A stretch of 61,530 nt of DNA, the filler included, from Sphacelaria rigidula (Eukaryota): assembly GCA_964200075.2 (NCBI GenBank). It is 4 parts of 4 records of this genome, joined end to end, with 100 filler letters (N's around TTAATTAATTAA, not from the genome) between each part and the next. Parts side by side here need not be neighbours in the genome. Positions count along the whole stretch, not along the records: positions 1 to 15,309 come from CAXNAA020001804.1; positions 15,410 to 30,717 come from CAXNAA020001805.1; 2 more parts are not named here. The stretch is one strand, 5' to 3'. Each line of letters opens with the position of its first letter. The stretch's first letter is position 1. The notes under the pieces are model-generated. The model was given only the letters and a program-made list of their open reading frames with translations. It made no database searches and was not told the DNA's origin. The translations under genes and the position numbers were made by a program. Below are positions 9,930 to 22,336 of this stretch, piece after piece.

Positions 9930-12870
9930 CAAAATGAGTTTAGTCATGCCAACGTGTGTATGCAAAAGTGCACAGCGATGAGTTGTGACGCCAATGGGCG
10001 GCAGGAGAATAGGACACCGAGGAAAACTGAGTTATCTGCCGCGGGATACCGCGTAGTTCGCTGCAAGGCGGAAGGGGCAACGGAAGGGCCGGACAACATG
10101 TGACTACCTTTGCGGTCCCGGAGTCGATCATCAACAAGGATATGTAGATACATATAGGGACAGGTCCTGGGCTGAGGTGCACAGCACTGTGAACCGAGTT
10201 CCGACACTTTCTACGATAGACCCCCCCCCGAAAAGTGCATGGCTTTGGGAGGCAAAATCTTCACGTAAATCGAAAGGGGAAAAGCCAAGCACAACAAGGA
10301 GCTGGCAATTCTCACGCTCGGGTTCATTCTAGCCAATGTCGACAATATGAGGCGCTTCATGCAGCCTGAATCCGAACATCAAGCGCTGATTGGTCTTTTT
10401 TTTTCGTGACACTTTTAGCTGGTGTTGGGGGGGGCTATCGTAGAAAGTGTCTTCCCTACGACAGCAATGTATTTGAATCGATGGATGGTAACGGTATGGC
10501 TGAGAAAAAAAGCAGGAGAGGAGGATGCGAAAAAAGTATGGGCATACGACGTACGGCAGGGGGCTCCTGGGCCACTGACAGCAATGGCACTGTATTACCT
10601 CGAGTTCCAGGTGACAACACACCTACTACTCTCATCGAAACGTTCTTTTACCCCAGAAACAGTCACGTGGCGTATTGCAAGCCGTCCAGCGGACAACAAA
10701 TATACTGGCGGATCATCACACAGTGTGCCCAGTGCCGACTTGTTCGAAATGTCGCGTCCACCACTTTTCTCGGTTTGCCCTCCACTCCGACCACGCTTCG
10801 AACTTTTTCTCGTACCCGCTTCTTGTGCTGGCGTTAATTGACGCGTGGGCTAGTAGTTCTACTAACTTCGCACCTCTCTTCTCGCCTCGAGCGAGGCATC
10901 CCATTTGTCCTGCAATGATTTGACGAGTTCAGCGCGAGTTCAGTCTTGTGGTCTATTGATCATGTTCCTGATCTGTTGGTCTAGGCTTTGCTCCAGGGGT
11001 TTCTCTTGCAAAATCATTCCGAGCATCTCTTTGCCTCGATTCCCTAGAGCTGAGTGGAATGTACATGACCGCCTGCGCTATCAATGAACACCAAACTCGC
11101 CAAACACTGATCATGAGATGATGAGCGCCTCAGTGAGGCTCCTTGGCCGATTCGTACGCAACAGACACCGGCGAATCCTCACCGGGTGCATATCTGTAGA
11201 TGGCGAGCAATAATCGTCTGTTACCGACGAGCGTGAGCAACTCACACAGCTTGAACAAGCAACCCCGGAGTTTCCCTAGGATAACTAGCTGCAAACCTCG
11301 CCGTCAACTCCCAAGACTCGACAGTCCCGTGTATGAGGTTGGTTCGAGGATGCTACGATGCAAGCCGAGTTCAAACAGGCCTGTGGTTTACGGAAAAAGA
11401 CGTTGGTGTTACTGATGAGGACGTTGCCGTACCTCGCGTGCAGCTACAGCACAGGGGTCTTGGCTAGACGATTGGGCCGGGTTGAGTGCCAACTGAAGTG
11501 ATGAGGCTTGGATTTCTGGAGGAGCTTTTGAAGACCCTTCGCCATTTTCGCAGCATCGGCAACGAGCTTTATGGTTGTCGTCTGGACGTCTGGTGAGGTA
11601 TCCCAGTAGTGCAAGAACGCCACTCTTGAGGTGCTACACAAGGAGAGTAGCACGGAGTGTGGTAACTACAATGACATGTCACTCGTGGCGCATGCTGGTG
11701 ACGGTCTCCCCAACAGCTTTGCAAACATACTCGGTAGTTTCTGCGAGAAGGCAAGATTTGACCCAGAAGACGAGAGCGGATTCCGGCGTGCATGATCAAC
11801 AACCGAGATGATGATCGTGGAACGCCCACTGCAGGAGATGTGACGGGCAAGCATGCATGCCATTCACCTGGACAACGCGTAAGACTCCAATATTGGCGCG
11901 CTTTTTTGGGAAATTATCGCTCGTTTCGGAGTCCCGCCGGGGGTGGTGAAGATCAGTTGTATGCCCCCACGATGGCAGGCGACTCGGGTACGGCTGATGA
12001 CAACAGTATCGAAGGGTTACCACGTCTGCCAGTGCCACAGGCAAGGGTCCTTTTCAGCTTCGTTGCTGTTCGACATCTTGGGCCCAGCATTGGTCGATGT
12101 GATCTCACATCGTTTCGCGGCAGATCCAGCCATCATCTCACACTTGGCATACAAAGATGGTGAGCCAAAAAGCGAGGATGGCATCGACGATGAGACCCCG
12201 CCGTAGAGGGTGCGGAGCGCGTTGTGGGAGTGCTGTACGTGGATGACGCCGGTCTAGCTTCGAAGTCTTGGGACGGGTTTGTTAGAATGGTGGATGTGGT
12301 GGTGGTCTATCAGGGGCTCGGAACACCAGTATGGGAGAACGAGGCAGAGACCGAACGTCTACACTCCGTACGCAGCAAGCCAGGAAGCATTGCACATCAA
12401 AGCGGCAGACCAGGGGTATAAAGAGACGGTCGGTTCTGACTACGTTGGTAGTTCTGTCAGCTCAGGCGCGAATATTTCCCATCGTCAAACTCAAACTTGG
12501 CATGAGCGCTGCGTGGACATGGCTCCGAACATACAGTTGCCAAACCTACGATCAACCCAACGCTCAGCTCTACAGTATATCGGAATACGGTATTTCAAAG
12601 CGGAGGTGGTGGCAGCTGAGCTTTACGGATGTGTTTCACTGGCGCTGCTGCCTGGCCTTTTATCGCGAGCAGCTGGTTTCCACAGGAAGGGTAGTAGTCG
12701 ACAAGACGACTCTGTCGTATCGTGCCGCGGTCGAGAAGACGCGATGCAAACGTATGGAGGCGACTACCGCAAGCATGAACTTCAGTTCGTGAGGCCCCTG
12801 GTTCATTCCGTTGTCATGATGGCGTCGTGGTTGAATAAGAGGGGGGTAACGTGTTCCCGTTGTTTCGCGG
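9930..12870 (+). mobile_element. Decayed RTE-type non-LTR retrotransposon (APE endonuclease + RT) in intron 6
   Basis: Relic motifs occur in the expected order across many stops and frameshifts. Endonuclease: SCD..GRQENR, NGT..RVPGDN...ETFF, RLVRNV, HSDH. RT: ECGNYNDMSLVAHAG, SGFRR..STTEMM, WEIIARFGVP, RQG....LLFDI, VLYVDDAGLAS. Confidence 0.85.
10203..10451. mobile_element. MITE (249 bp) nested in the LINE endonuclease region
   Basis: TIRs GACACTTTCTACGATAG(A)CCCCCCCC / GGGGGGGGCTATCGTAGAAAGTGTC, with a 4-bp TTCC duplication (10199-10202 and 10452-10455). A second partial copy lies at 30818-30876. Confidence 0.85.
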
Positions 12871-13314
12871 ACGTGTTACATTAGACCATAATCCACGAGC
12901 CGAGCGCTCAGGTGGCGTGTCTTGCGGTTGACTACTAGAAGGCCCGTATTGTATCTCGAGAGGGTGGCGCCTTTTCTCATCCGGTGTGGTGTTTGCCTCA
13001 GGGTCAATGTAACGCTAACTTGAGTAGATGACGTGGGCCAAGCGCGAGAGGCCATTATCTCTTGTGGTTTCGGAAAAAAACGAAAAAAAAGGGGTAGATT
13101 CGACAAAGCTGTCCGAGAAAGACCTACAAGCTGCGGAAGTGCTCATGTATAGCTCATACCAAAGTGCAATGTTGTTCCTATCGGAGAATAGATGTTGTCC
13201 CCTGGAGACTCTTGGACGAATGCGGAGGAAAGGGTGGGGTTGGAACTACGATACACATACACGTAAATGATCTCGTCACGTACTGTACGTTATCACCACA
13301 TTTTGGATACACAG

Positions 13315-13511
13315 GTCGGCGCCCGCCAGCTTCGGCCTGTGCTTATGCACCTAAAGCGAGAGGTGACCAAGGCTCAACGGGGTCAGCCGGTGCCACCGCA
13401 ACCAGGGTACATGAATACATCGAGCGTGTCAATGCTAGAGAATTTCTTCGCTCTCAGCTGGGCTCGCTTCGGCGAAGGCTGGCGCCCGGATGTGCCCCCG
13501 CATTTAGACAG
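13315..13511 (+). CDS. Nucleotidyltransferase-like gene, exon 7
   Basis: cag|GTC...AG|gtgagt, 197 nt, phase-2 end. Encodes VGARQLRPVL...MLENFFALSWARFGEGWRPDVP (family motif GA.KL...FF.NTW.RHG.G.RPD). Confidence 0.88.
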
Positions 13512-14347
13512 GTGAGTTTCGATGTCTCAGTCAGATTCACGCACACGTTGTAGAACACAGGATCGTTCGTCCGCCAAAATCACTAGTTTTTACGGTGTAC
13601 GTGGTCAATTAAGCGATTTTTGATTGATGGTAGCACTTTACATGACTCCCAGGGATCCAGCGGTGGTCACATGATGGACGCACCCGAGACAAAACAAATA
13701 CTTGAGTCGTAAGGAACGCGCCTATGTATCATGGGCAAATGTTTCCGGCTCAGAGTTGGTTACGTAGAGAGCACTGCACGCTGGGCACGTGGAGTATTAA
13801 AGCCCTATTTGCGCGTGAACTTCTCGGACCCCGCGGTCGCCTTTGTGGTGAAACAGATGGTCGGAGTAACACTGTCTTTCCGGTCTGTTATGTTGAGTAT
13901 TAAGTTGTTTCTGAAGTCATCACTCGGTACGACTGTGTGATGGTGAAAGGTGCTACTGACTAGACTGAGTCTGTTTTCAAATGTGGGCTTTCGCTGTCGC
14001 TGGAATGGTGGGGGACGGGGGGTTGTGGGATGACTCACCTGTTACAGCCCTGCTACCAAACGATTCTTTGTTTTGGAACGGTTTTCCGCTTACTGTCTCA
14101 ACTAGCATACAGCGGTCAAAGTAGAACCCGTTTACCTTGGTGTACTGCCTTTTCATCCCAGCTATGTCTTGAGTAGCGTTGGTGTGTTTCGACTGGCCAA
14201 GCATGGATCGGGTCGGCAGAGCGATTGTGATGGAACGTTGTGCTCGAATTTTGGTCGCCAGGACCTCTGCCTGGGTTCGGTGTGAAAATGTAAAGAGAAA
14301 AGTTAATCTGATGACGTGTTGTTTTGTTTACCCTACGAATTTTGTAG

Positions 14348-14579
14348 GGATGACGGGGTAGGCAGCAAGATTCCGTGGTTAATGACTGATCACGACCATA
14401 ACAGTTTCGGTAGCTTGGATGAGCTGTCGCGTGCTGTGCTGGTGGAGGATCGTGTTCGGGGCGATGATGATGAGACGCACTGTGGGAAGGACGAATCCGA
14501 TGATGCCCTGGTGGACGCCGTGGCCACAGGAGCTTCCAGTGCCGGGCTCCCTCGCGATGAGAGGAGCGATCCGTTCCAC
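14348..14579 (+). CDS. Nucleotidyltransferase-like gene, exon 8 (acidic linker)
   Basis: tag|G GAT...CAC|gtacgt, 232 nt. Phase matches exon 7. Encodes DDGVGSKIPWLMTDHDH...DERSDPFH. Confidence 0.78.
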
Positions 14580-14815
14580 GTACGTTGAGTTGCTACTCTG
14601 CCTTTTTTTATTCCGTCCATATATGGGTTTCTTGTCTGTATCCTCCATGTTTTGCTTTCTCCTTTCACCCGCTCGTCTGCCCTCTCTCTGTCTGCGCTTT
14701 TTCGGTCCTCATGGACATTTCTCTTGCCCCTGTTTATTCAGGATGTGTCTTTCCTTGCTGTGCCCTGATAAGCCTCATCGCCTCCCTGACTGATTGATCG
14801 ATTTTTTGTTTTCAG

Positions 14816-14926
14816 GTTGACCTCCTGAGCGTGCGCGACAGCGTCAAGTATTGCTGCTTCTTGCTCGAGGCCGAGGTGACGGACTCTGCGCTTCTCGCCC
14901 TGTCCAAAGAAATCCTCGCAGATAAG
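14816..14926 (+). CDS. Nucleotidyltransferase-like gene, exon 9 (gene 3'-partial, runs towards the assembly gap)
   Basis: ttttcag|GTT...AAG|gtaacc, 111 nt. Encodes VDLLSVRDSVKYCCFLLEAEVTDSALLALSKEILADK. No stop codon is reached before the gap at 15310. Confidence 0.8.
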
Positions 14927-15309
14927 GTAACCAGAGGTCACTGTTCACAGCCAGACTTCTCTCCAGAAATTTATCATACCCAAATTGCCGCTCAAAATCA
15001 CCGTCCACAACCGCATTACTCGCCCGAACGTTATTATACAACCACAAACCTCCCACACACCCTAGTCACTGTGGCAGTCGAAAGGTTGAAATGCATATGT
15101 TCGTCAGGAATTTCATTGTCCAAGAAGTTGTATCCCTTTTCACGTGAGGTATCTTACATTTGTGCCATGTCCGCGTTTCTTCTGAAGACATTTGAGAGTG
15201 TAAATGTCGAGTTTTGAGGAGTAAACCTTTGGAAAACAACTACAAACAACAAATTGTGCGAATTGAGGTTCAACTCCGGGATGAGGTTCAAGCCTAAAAC
15301 AGTGCTTTC

Positions 15310-15409
15310 NNNNNNNNNNNNNNNNNNNNNNNNNNNNNNNNNNNNNNNNNNNNTTAATTAATTAANNNNNNNNNNNNNNNNNNNNNNNNNNNNNNNNNNN
15401 NNNNNNNNN
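15310..15409. other. Assembly gap with six-frame stop linker
   Basis: 100 nt of N with an embedded TTAATTAATTAA. Confidence 0.98.
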
Positions 15410-17150
15410 GTCACGAGTCGACTCATGATACTAAAACCAAGTAATTCCCAGGCGAATCATGATTTGTCCGACCCTTGCAATCTTCACATGTGTGGACCAA
15501 TTTTTCGAAGTATACCTGCATTCCTTGACGTACCGATGGATATTACCAATTTCTGCATGCCACACAGATTGAAATCCGATAACCGAATTTCTGGGGTTCA
15601 GAACAGTGGTTCCAAGTGCTGCACGCGGGAGGAACATCGGATGATGTTCTTCGTCCCTACCCCTTCATTATTGCCCACCAAACTTCGGTCCCCATCACAC
15701 CGGACAATCGATGTGACTACCTATGCTTCGAAGCAAACCCTGACGCCGTTTCCGTGGTGTCTCTCTTTTGTTTCAGACAGCTTACAGTATCACTGACGAC
15801 ACGAGGAATCGGCAGACCGTGAGTGTGCGTTTACACCTTGCGCGGCGATCTCGTAAGCACGCTTCATGCGCCGCCCCAGCGACAATGACAAGCACATGTC
15901 TGGAACGTCTTTCCCACTGGCGGACAATGTTGATTTTGCATGTATGCTTGCTGGAAAAGATATTCCCGACGCTACAAACCAAGTGGACGCGGCGCAATTA
16001 CTACTTGCTCAATGTGGATATCACATGTGACCCGATCGGTTTTCACGCCGTACCTCACATGTTATAACACCCGTCACCGAGATGGCAATATCTCAACGCA
16101 CACGGCAGCTATCGACACAAATCGAATTGCACTGTTTTGACACTCAATTGAAGTCCGCCAGAGCTTGAACGATGGCTAGTATCTAGTGGTACCTACTTGT
16201 AGAGTTTAGGCTTCGTGACGTTCGTCAGTAGTGAGTAATCTCCTGTCGCGTGAGGGACGGGCATGTTGGGAAATGACTTTTTGCCTGTACAAATAGTTAC
16301 AACTTCTTTTAGGGGTATCCATCGCTGGTTTATGAGCTGCACTGGGTAGAATTGAGCCAGACTGCAATCAGAAGATAGCTTTGAACATATAATACAGCTT
16401 TATAACGCTTCATTTGCTATATAACCTTCTGTACACTTCTTAGATTCCGTCGCACCTTCATTTTGGGGGTGGTGGTGGGAAACGTGATATTAACCCCCGG
16501 CGTATCACTGGTTGAAGTTTTTGCTCTCTGTGACGCAGAAAATGACCCCGTATGTCTTTATTTTAATTCAATGCGCTTGGTTATTCATCCTAGATTACCC
16601 CTCATCTGCGTGGAGTCCGAACTTCCAGATAAACAGCGCATGTGAAGATTTTGTGTGTACAGACAAGTTCGATCGAGGTGTGAGGTTACGTGAGTTCACA
16701 AAGGTGGCACGCGACCAAAGCTGCGGGACACTGGGTGCTGACATCGCAGCATGCTAGCACATTGATTCTCAGCCAGCTGGGTGTGCCTGGGGTGGCATCT
16801 TCTGGGGGACGTCCTCGCAAGGCAGATCGGATACGATCCATTATCCAAGGTTAGTCGCGGTTCATGATCTGATAAACACGAATAGCCTTAGCCGTATCGT
16901 AGCTGCAGACCAAGCACACCGACAGGGGCCCTGGATATCAAGCAGCGGCATTGCCTTATTTGGGAGCTAACAGACATGAGGGTGCGAAGAGCACGAACGA
17001 CCAGACAGAACGACGGACAGTACAATCACCTCTCATCGAATACATGTTTCCAACAAGTTGTGTACTGTAGCTGCAACTGCACCCAACAGACAAGGGAAAC
17101 GGAATCTCACCATAGTCTCGCATGTATCATTATTGCACTGCCTCTATTGA

Positions 17151-17252
17151 CCCTTAGACCGCAAGATAAGTCTTTCTAGAGATCATGCACACTTTTTTCA
17201 CTTTAATTTGATGCCGATTCAACAGAAGACTAACCTCGCGGTCTAAGGGTTA
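17151..17252. mobile_element. ~100-bp piggyBac-like MITE
   Basis: CCCTTAGACCGC...GCGGTCTAAGGG followed by TTAA (TTGA on the left). The interior matches the copies at 28400-28705. Confidence 0.8.
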
Positions 17253-18207
17253 ATGCTGTTCTATATATCGGAATAGTTTCCGACATAAGTTGCCGCAATG
17301 TTTGGTGGTAGCTGACGCGTGATCAGCAGTGATATATTATCCGATGAACCCCGATCGCGTACCTGTTTTTTTTTCCCTTCTAATATTGGAGAGAGCTCGA
17401 ACTACAGCGGGAATAGAGGATCAATAGGGTGGGAGAGTAAAGTAGAAGCGTGCTGGGTAGGTCACAAGGCAGGATTCTGTCCTTGCATCTTCGGGTAATT
17501 ATCTCACTCAACACACTTCTGCGCATGCAGCTGTACGTACCTCTTTCCTCCGCAATTTCATGGTTGATCTCGTACTCGAATGTAGTATGCATAGATCGTA
17601 CCTCTTTCCTCCGCAATATTGATCGATCGATTGATTATCTAGCAATATCATGGTTGATCACATACTCGAATTTAGTGTGGATCCTTGCACTCAGTCCCAA
17701 GGGCTCGCTCAGCAGGCGCAGGCGCCCGTTGTGCTCAAATCGGCGACGCCAAGGCGCCGATTTGAGCTCTGCCAGTGTACACTCCGCCCTAGGGCACTTT
17801 GCATACCCCGCATTCCGAAGGGTTTTTACTGTCCCTTGGGTTTGGGTTCGGGTTTGGTTTAGGTTTAGCCTCAGGGTTTGGGAAAAGCAAAGTACGTGTA
17901 CGGTCAACCAGAGTTTGTAGCCGGGCTGGAGCAACTGTGGCTCTTCTTTTCATCATCGTCACCTCCCGTTGTCGGAAGGGACCAACTCATGTCTCATCCA
18001 CTACACGCCTGGCATTTTGGTGTTGTCTATTGAATCAGCACTCCTGCACAACGTCGACTCACCCCGTCAACTCTATTTGCTTCTCGCGGTCTCACGCTTT
18101 TGCAACGACGGAAGACAGACGCTTCTCAGAAAAAGGTCCGTACAGCACTTTCCGTCAGAATTCAAACTCTCAAATTGTCTACAGTACCCTCTCAGCGCCC
18201 ATCTTGA

Positions 18208-18309
18208 CCCTTACAGCGTGAGAGTAGGTCATCTGTCGAATGAGAATCAACTTCACCTGAGGAAAGTATTCATGATCCAGATGGATTACCCTTGCGGTCT
18301 AAGGGTTAA
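18208..18309. mobile_element. ~100-bp piggyBac-like MITE
   Basis: TTGA CCCTTACAGCG...GCGGTCTAAGGG TTAA. Same family as 17151 and 28400. Confidence 0.75.
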
Positions 18310-19341
18310 CGAGCTGGAAAAAACAGACAGCGACGAGCACAACAATCCTCCTCCAGCAGCATTTTGATCGGTCGCCACAACATCACGCGCCAGGGTGACC
18401 AATCAATATGTTGCTCTTGTAGGCTTGCGTTGCTCTTGGCAGGCCGAGAAGACACGGACCTCCCCGGCCACTTACAGAGGAGTTTGTCCCACTTTCGGGC
18501 CATTCTCTTCATATTTTGATATTACTTGATTTAAATAGCACCAAGTAGATTCGGATCTTGAGTGGGGTTGATAGTCGCAACTCGCTCCTTCTGTGGCAAA
18601 ATGCACTAGGAATATATATATATATATATGTTGGTGTTGCAAGGCATTCCTGCTAGATCTCGTACGGTCATGACCTTGAGATCTCGGGTGTTCCGTTAGG
18701 AAAGGTTCGATTAGTTCACAGAGGAATCCTCGCTAACGAGACATACATATGGGTTGAAGACCAATTACAATACATACCAATCAATCCATTGTGTCCATCC
18801 TGTCCATCCAAAGATGGGAAATTCTCTGGAATCATGGAACGTAACATAAAACTCACGCCGTGTTACCTCGCGTGCACAGCTCATTCACACATCTGCTAGT
18901 ATACCCCCTCATCATGATACGCTGTCGACGGCACGAAATCTTTCCACCTCGCCGTACCAGATGATGCGTTACTTGTACAAGTTTTGTCTTCAGCTCGCCC
19001 GTTGTTTTGGCGCCTAATCTCCAAAAATATCGCCTCCGTATCATTGAAAAGAAGTAACACTGACCAGTACTAGCACGTCTTCCGCCTCCATGTGCTGAGA
19101 ATTTCCTTACACCAATGAAGGTTGCGTCCAACCGCTACAATTTACACTAATAAGATGAAATTTAAACAAACATGATACAGACCCCCGCCGATGCGCCCAT
19201 GTATGCCGAAAGTTGTGGACTGGCGTCCGGAATATTTGGGATGAAAACCCACATACACACATGTTTCCGCTCTACACACATACACACATTTTTGCTCCAC
19301 ACACATACACACACATTCTCGCTCGAGAAAATCAAAATAAA

Positions 19342-19770
19342 ACACGGGATTTTACACATTGGGGATGGATCTTTTATTGGGGATGAAAACCTGGAGGATT
19401 ACAATCTTCGTATCCCCACCAAATCTCCGAAGTACGCCTCCATTTCTTCACTTGCCGATAGCAATCGACAACTACTACACGCTATACAAATTTGGATTTC
19501 GAAAACCCATATTTCGGGGTCCTTCGTGAAGAACCGATTTTTGCGTCCGATCGTACACCTAGAATCGCCCAAAATTGGCTCTTTACCTAGGACCTCGACA
19601 TGTCGGTTATCAAAATCAAAATCTGTATGGCGTGTAGTAGTTGTCGATAGCTACCAGCGAGTGAAGAAATGGAAGCATACTTGGAAGATTTGGTGTGGAT
19701 ACAAAGACTTTAATCCTCCAGGTTTTCATCCCCAATAAAAGATCCATCCCCAAACTGTAAAATCCCGTGT
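19342..19770. mobile_element. Foldback/MITE with ~150-bp terminal inverted repeats
   Basis: ACACGGGATTTTACA..TTGGGGATGGATCTTTTATTGGGGATGAAAACCTGGAGGATTA... is mirrored by ...TAATCCTCCAGGTTTTCATCCCCAATAAAAGATCCATCCCCAA..TGTAAAATCCCGTGT. No clear TSD. Confidence 0.85.
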
Positions 19771-20540
19771 CATCACCGTTTTCGACCTTTGCGGCATAGA
19801 AAAACGCTGAAATACGACAAGTGTGTAGAAAACAATGGGGAGATTGATCCCACAACATGATGACATACAAATTAGAAACGCTTATTGGCCCAACTGTTGC
19901 AATAATCAAAACAGAACCTTGTATTTGCTAAATTGACTCAAGTAGAAACGTGTAGTTGCCAACTCAACCTAATGGAACCTGTATTTGCCAACATTGAACA
20001 CCGTAACCACACGAGTGCAGCCCAAAAACGAGCCACCCAGCACCCATTCATCCTCAAATCACCTCCTCCTGCACAAGATAAATACCAAGATATGCTGAGA
20101 ATACATGCCGACGAAGAACACAAATGCCAGCATATCAACAACGACCGTCACTTCGCATGGTTATGCCCCCTCGTGTCATGCTCAGTCAATAGATACCTTG
20201 TACCTAACAGTAGTCAGTACTTCATACCAAATTTCATCATGCACCCCAGAATTGGGACATGAAACGCGTGTCTCTTGAAACTTGTCGTCTATTGAGTATT
20301 TTAGCATCCACTATACCCCATATGGGATGTTCGCTGTCAATTTTTTGCGAACCTCGGGCTCTACTTCCGTGACAATTATTTGCATGATGTAAAAGTACAA
20401 AACACAACGAGCGACCGCGAGACAATATACTTGATGGGGCTAAGCTGATGCCAAACCGACAATATTGCCTCCGCCAAATCGTACGTGAGGTTGATGGCTG
20501 ATCTTGGACCTACCCGATTGTCGCACGAAGACAGGCGACG

Positions 20541-20570
20541 TTACTCGGATTCGGCAACCCAGAACTCCAC
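20541..20570 (-). CDS. Terminal exon of discoidin/F5-8 type C (CBM32-like) domain gene
   Basis: cag|GTG GAG TTC TGG GTT GCC GAA TCC GAG TAA = VEFWVAESE*. It completes the last strand (…WFSLLE|VEF). Confidence 0.65.
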   Translation of the reverse strand: MEFWVAESE

Positions 20571-22336
20571 CTGCACATACCGCATGTAGCATCGACAGGG
20601 AAAACATTGCGGTGAGGAGGGGAAGGGGGAGGGGTCGCACTCATTTGTTGGTTGCCTTGGTCGTGTGACCATTGACCGCGCATCCCTCTCGAGACCGACG
20701 GAGCAGCGCCCCTCTCTGACACTTGGGCGCTCACGGCGTTTCTTCCAAACATTACACAGAAACCTCTCACACATCGTATCCCCCTTCCGGCTTCGCCGTC
20801 TGTGGACACCATCTATCTCCTAGTATATAGCGATCGTTTTTTCACTACTGCCAAATGTACCAGACGATTTTATGTCACCCCCGCTTTCCACATTTCTCCC
20901 TGTACAAACCCCCCGTTCCTCCTTGTATAGCCCACATTCTGCCCCCACATGAGTTTTGCCCCATTGCTTTGGGACAGGGGTATTTTCATGTTTGTATTTT
21001 CTCTTCTCCCTTTCCCCCCGACTGCTGGCATTATTATTATTATTTCCGCACATTAGTCCGATCTCGCGAACCCGTAGTCACAGACGTAGGCTCGCCTTTC
21101 CAACGCCGTCCTTGCTATTCCTTACCAGACACATTACCAAAATCAAGAAAAAATAAGGTGAGAGACGCCACGAAAACCGGTGAGAAGTAGGTTCCCCCAA
21201 CGGGGAGAGAAAAGAACGGAAAAAAGAAAAAAAACCGACAGATCTGTCAAAAGTGTACACCGAAAGAAAGGAAGAGAGAAGATAATGTAGGACAAAACAG
21301 GAAAAGACAGGTGGCACAAGGAGATTAGTATGGCCACCACGTTAGGGTTAGACTCAAAAACAAAACAACCTCGGGTACCCTGATATACGACAACCACAGC
21401 TGTTCGGAAAAAAGTGGCAGCGAGCGTACTGCTCGAATGGACTACGGGTTACTTTTTGGAGGTCCTCGGTGGCATACCTCTTTTTTATGCCAGGTCCAGG
21501 TCTTCCACACGAAATCGCTTTCTCAAGTCTGTCGTTTAATCTGTTGGGCCGTGCAGATATGCTTCCTCCCTACCCCGTCTCCCAACCCCCCCGTACATCT
21601 TCAGGTGCTATTCGTCTACTTTCTGTCTTAGCGCTTGGTTTTGCCTTATCTCCAGTATGCCTCTTCCTCTTGCTTTGTACCCCTCGCATCCACCTGTGGA
21701 CACCACCTCGTCTTGGTTTCCCCACATACCCTTCCATAGTTTCTCGACTACACGTCACCCCACCTCATTCCAGCATACATTTCCGTCACTTTCTTCCATA
21801 CAGCCCCGTTGAATGGCTGGCAATCTCTCCCTTGTCATGTTCCCTACATTATATTGTAATTCTCATTCTCGCAGATGTCCATTTGTTTTCCACGCGAGTA
21901 TATCCCTAGGTAACTCTTCTCCCAAGTCTGTATTACGTGAGCGACTTGCGAGTCATGCTACCATAGGGGGGCGTACTCATTTGTTGCTTGCCTTAGTCGT
22001 TTGACCATTGACCACGCATCCCTTTCGAGACGGAGGGGGGCGGGGGGGTATTTTTGGCTGGTTTCTCCCACGACGGTCCAATTCAATCGCCGTTGAACAC
22101 AGCCAATAGTTGTTCGAACGCGCTTGCTCCCGATGAAAAAAGCTCGATCATACTGCTTTATTACACCGTTTTTCCCAAATACAAGCGCACTGCGAGTGTT
22201 TTAGATCGTTCGACGCATTCACGAGCAGACTTTTTCGACGAATCGAGCACTCCCCCCGCCCCCTATCGTAGCATGGCTCTTGCACACAGGGAATTCCATG
22301 TAAAATGCTCAACTACAACCCCGCCAGCAGCCGCAC

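Noticed and set aside
15836-15951. Minus-strand AG...GT bounded segment with two open frames
   Set aside because: The frame is ambiguous, there is no homology clue, and it cannot be joined to a gene model.
19172-19738. 188-aa ORF
   Set aside because: It runs through a CA-rich microsatellite and a foldback element, so it is a chance ORF.
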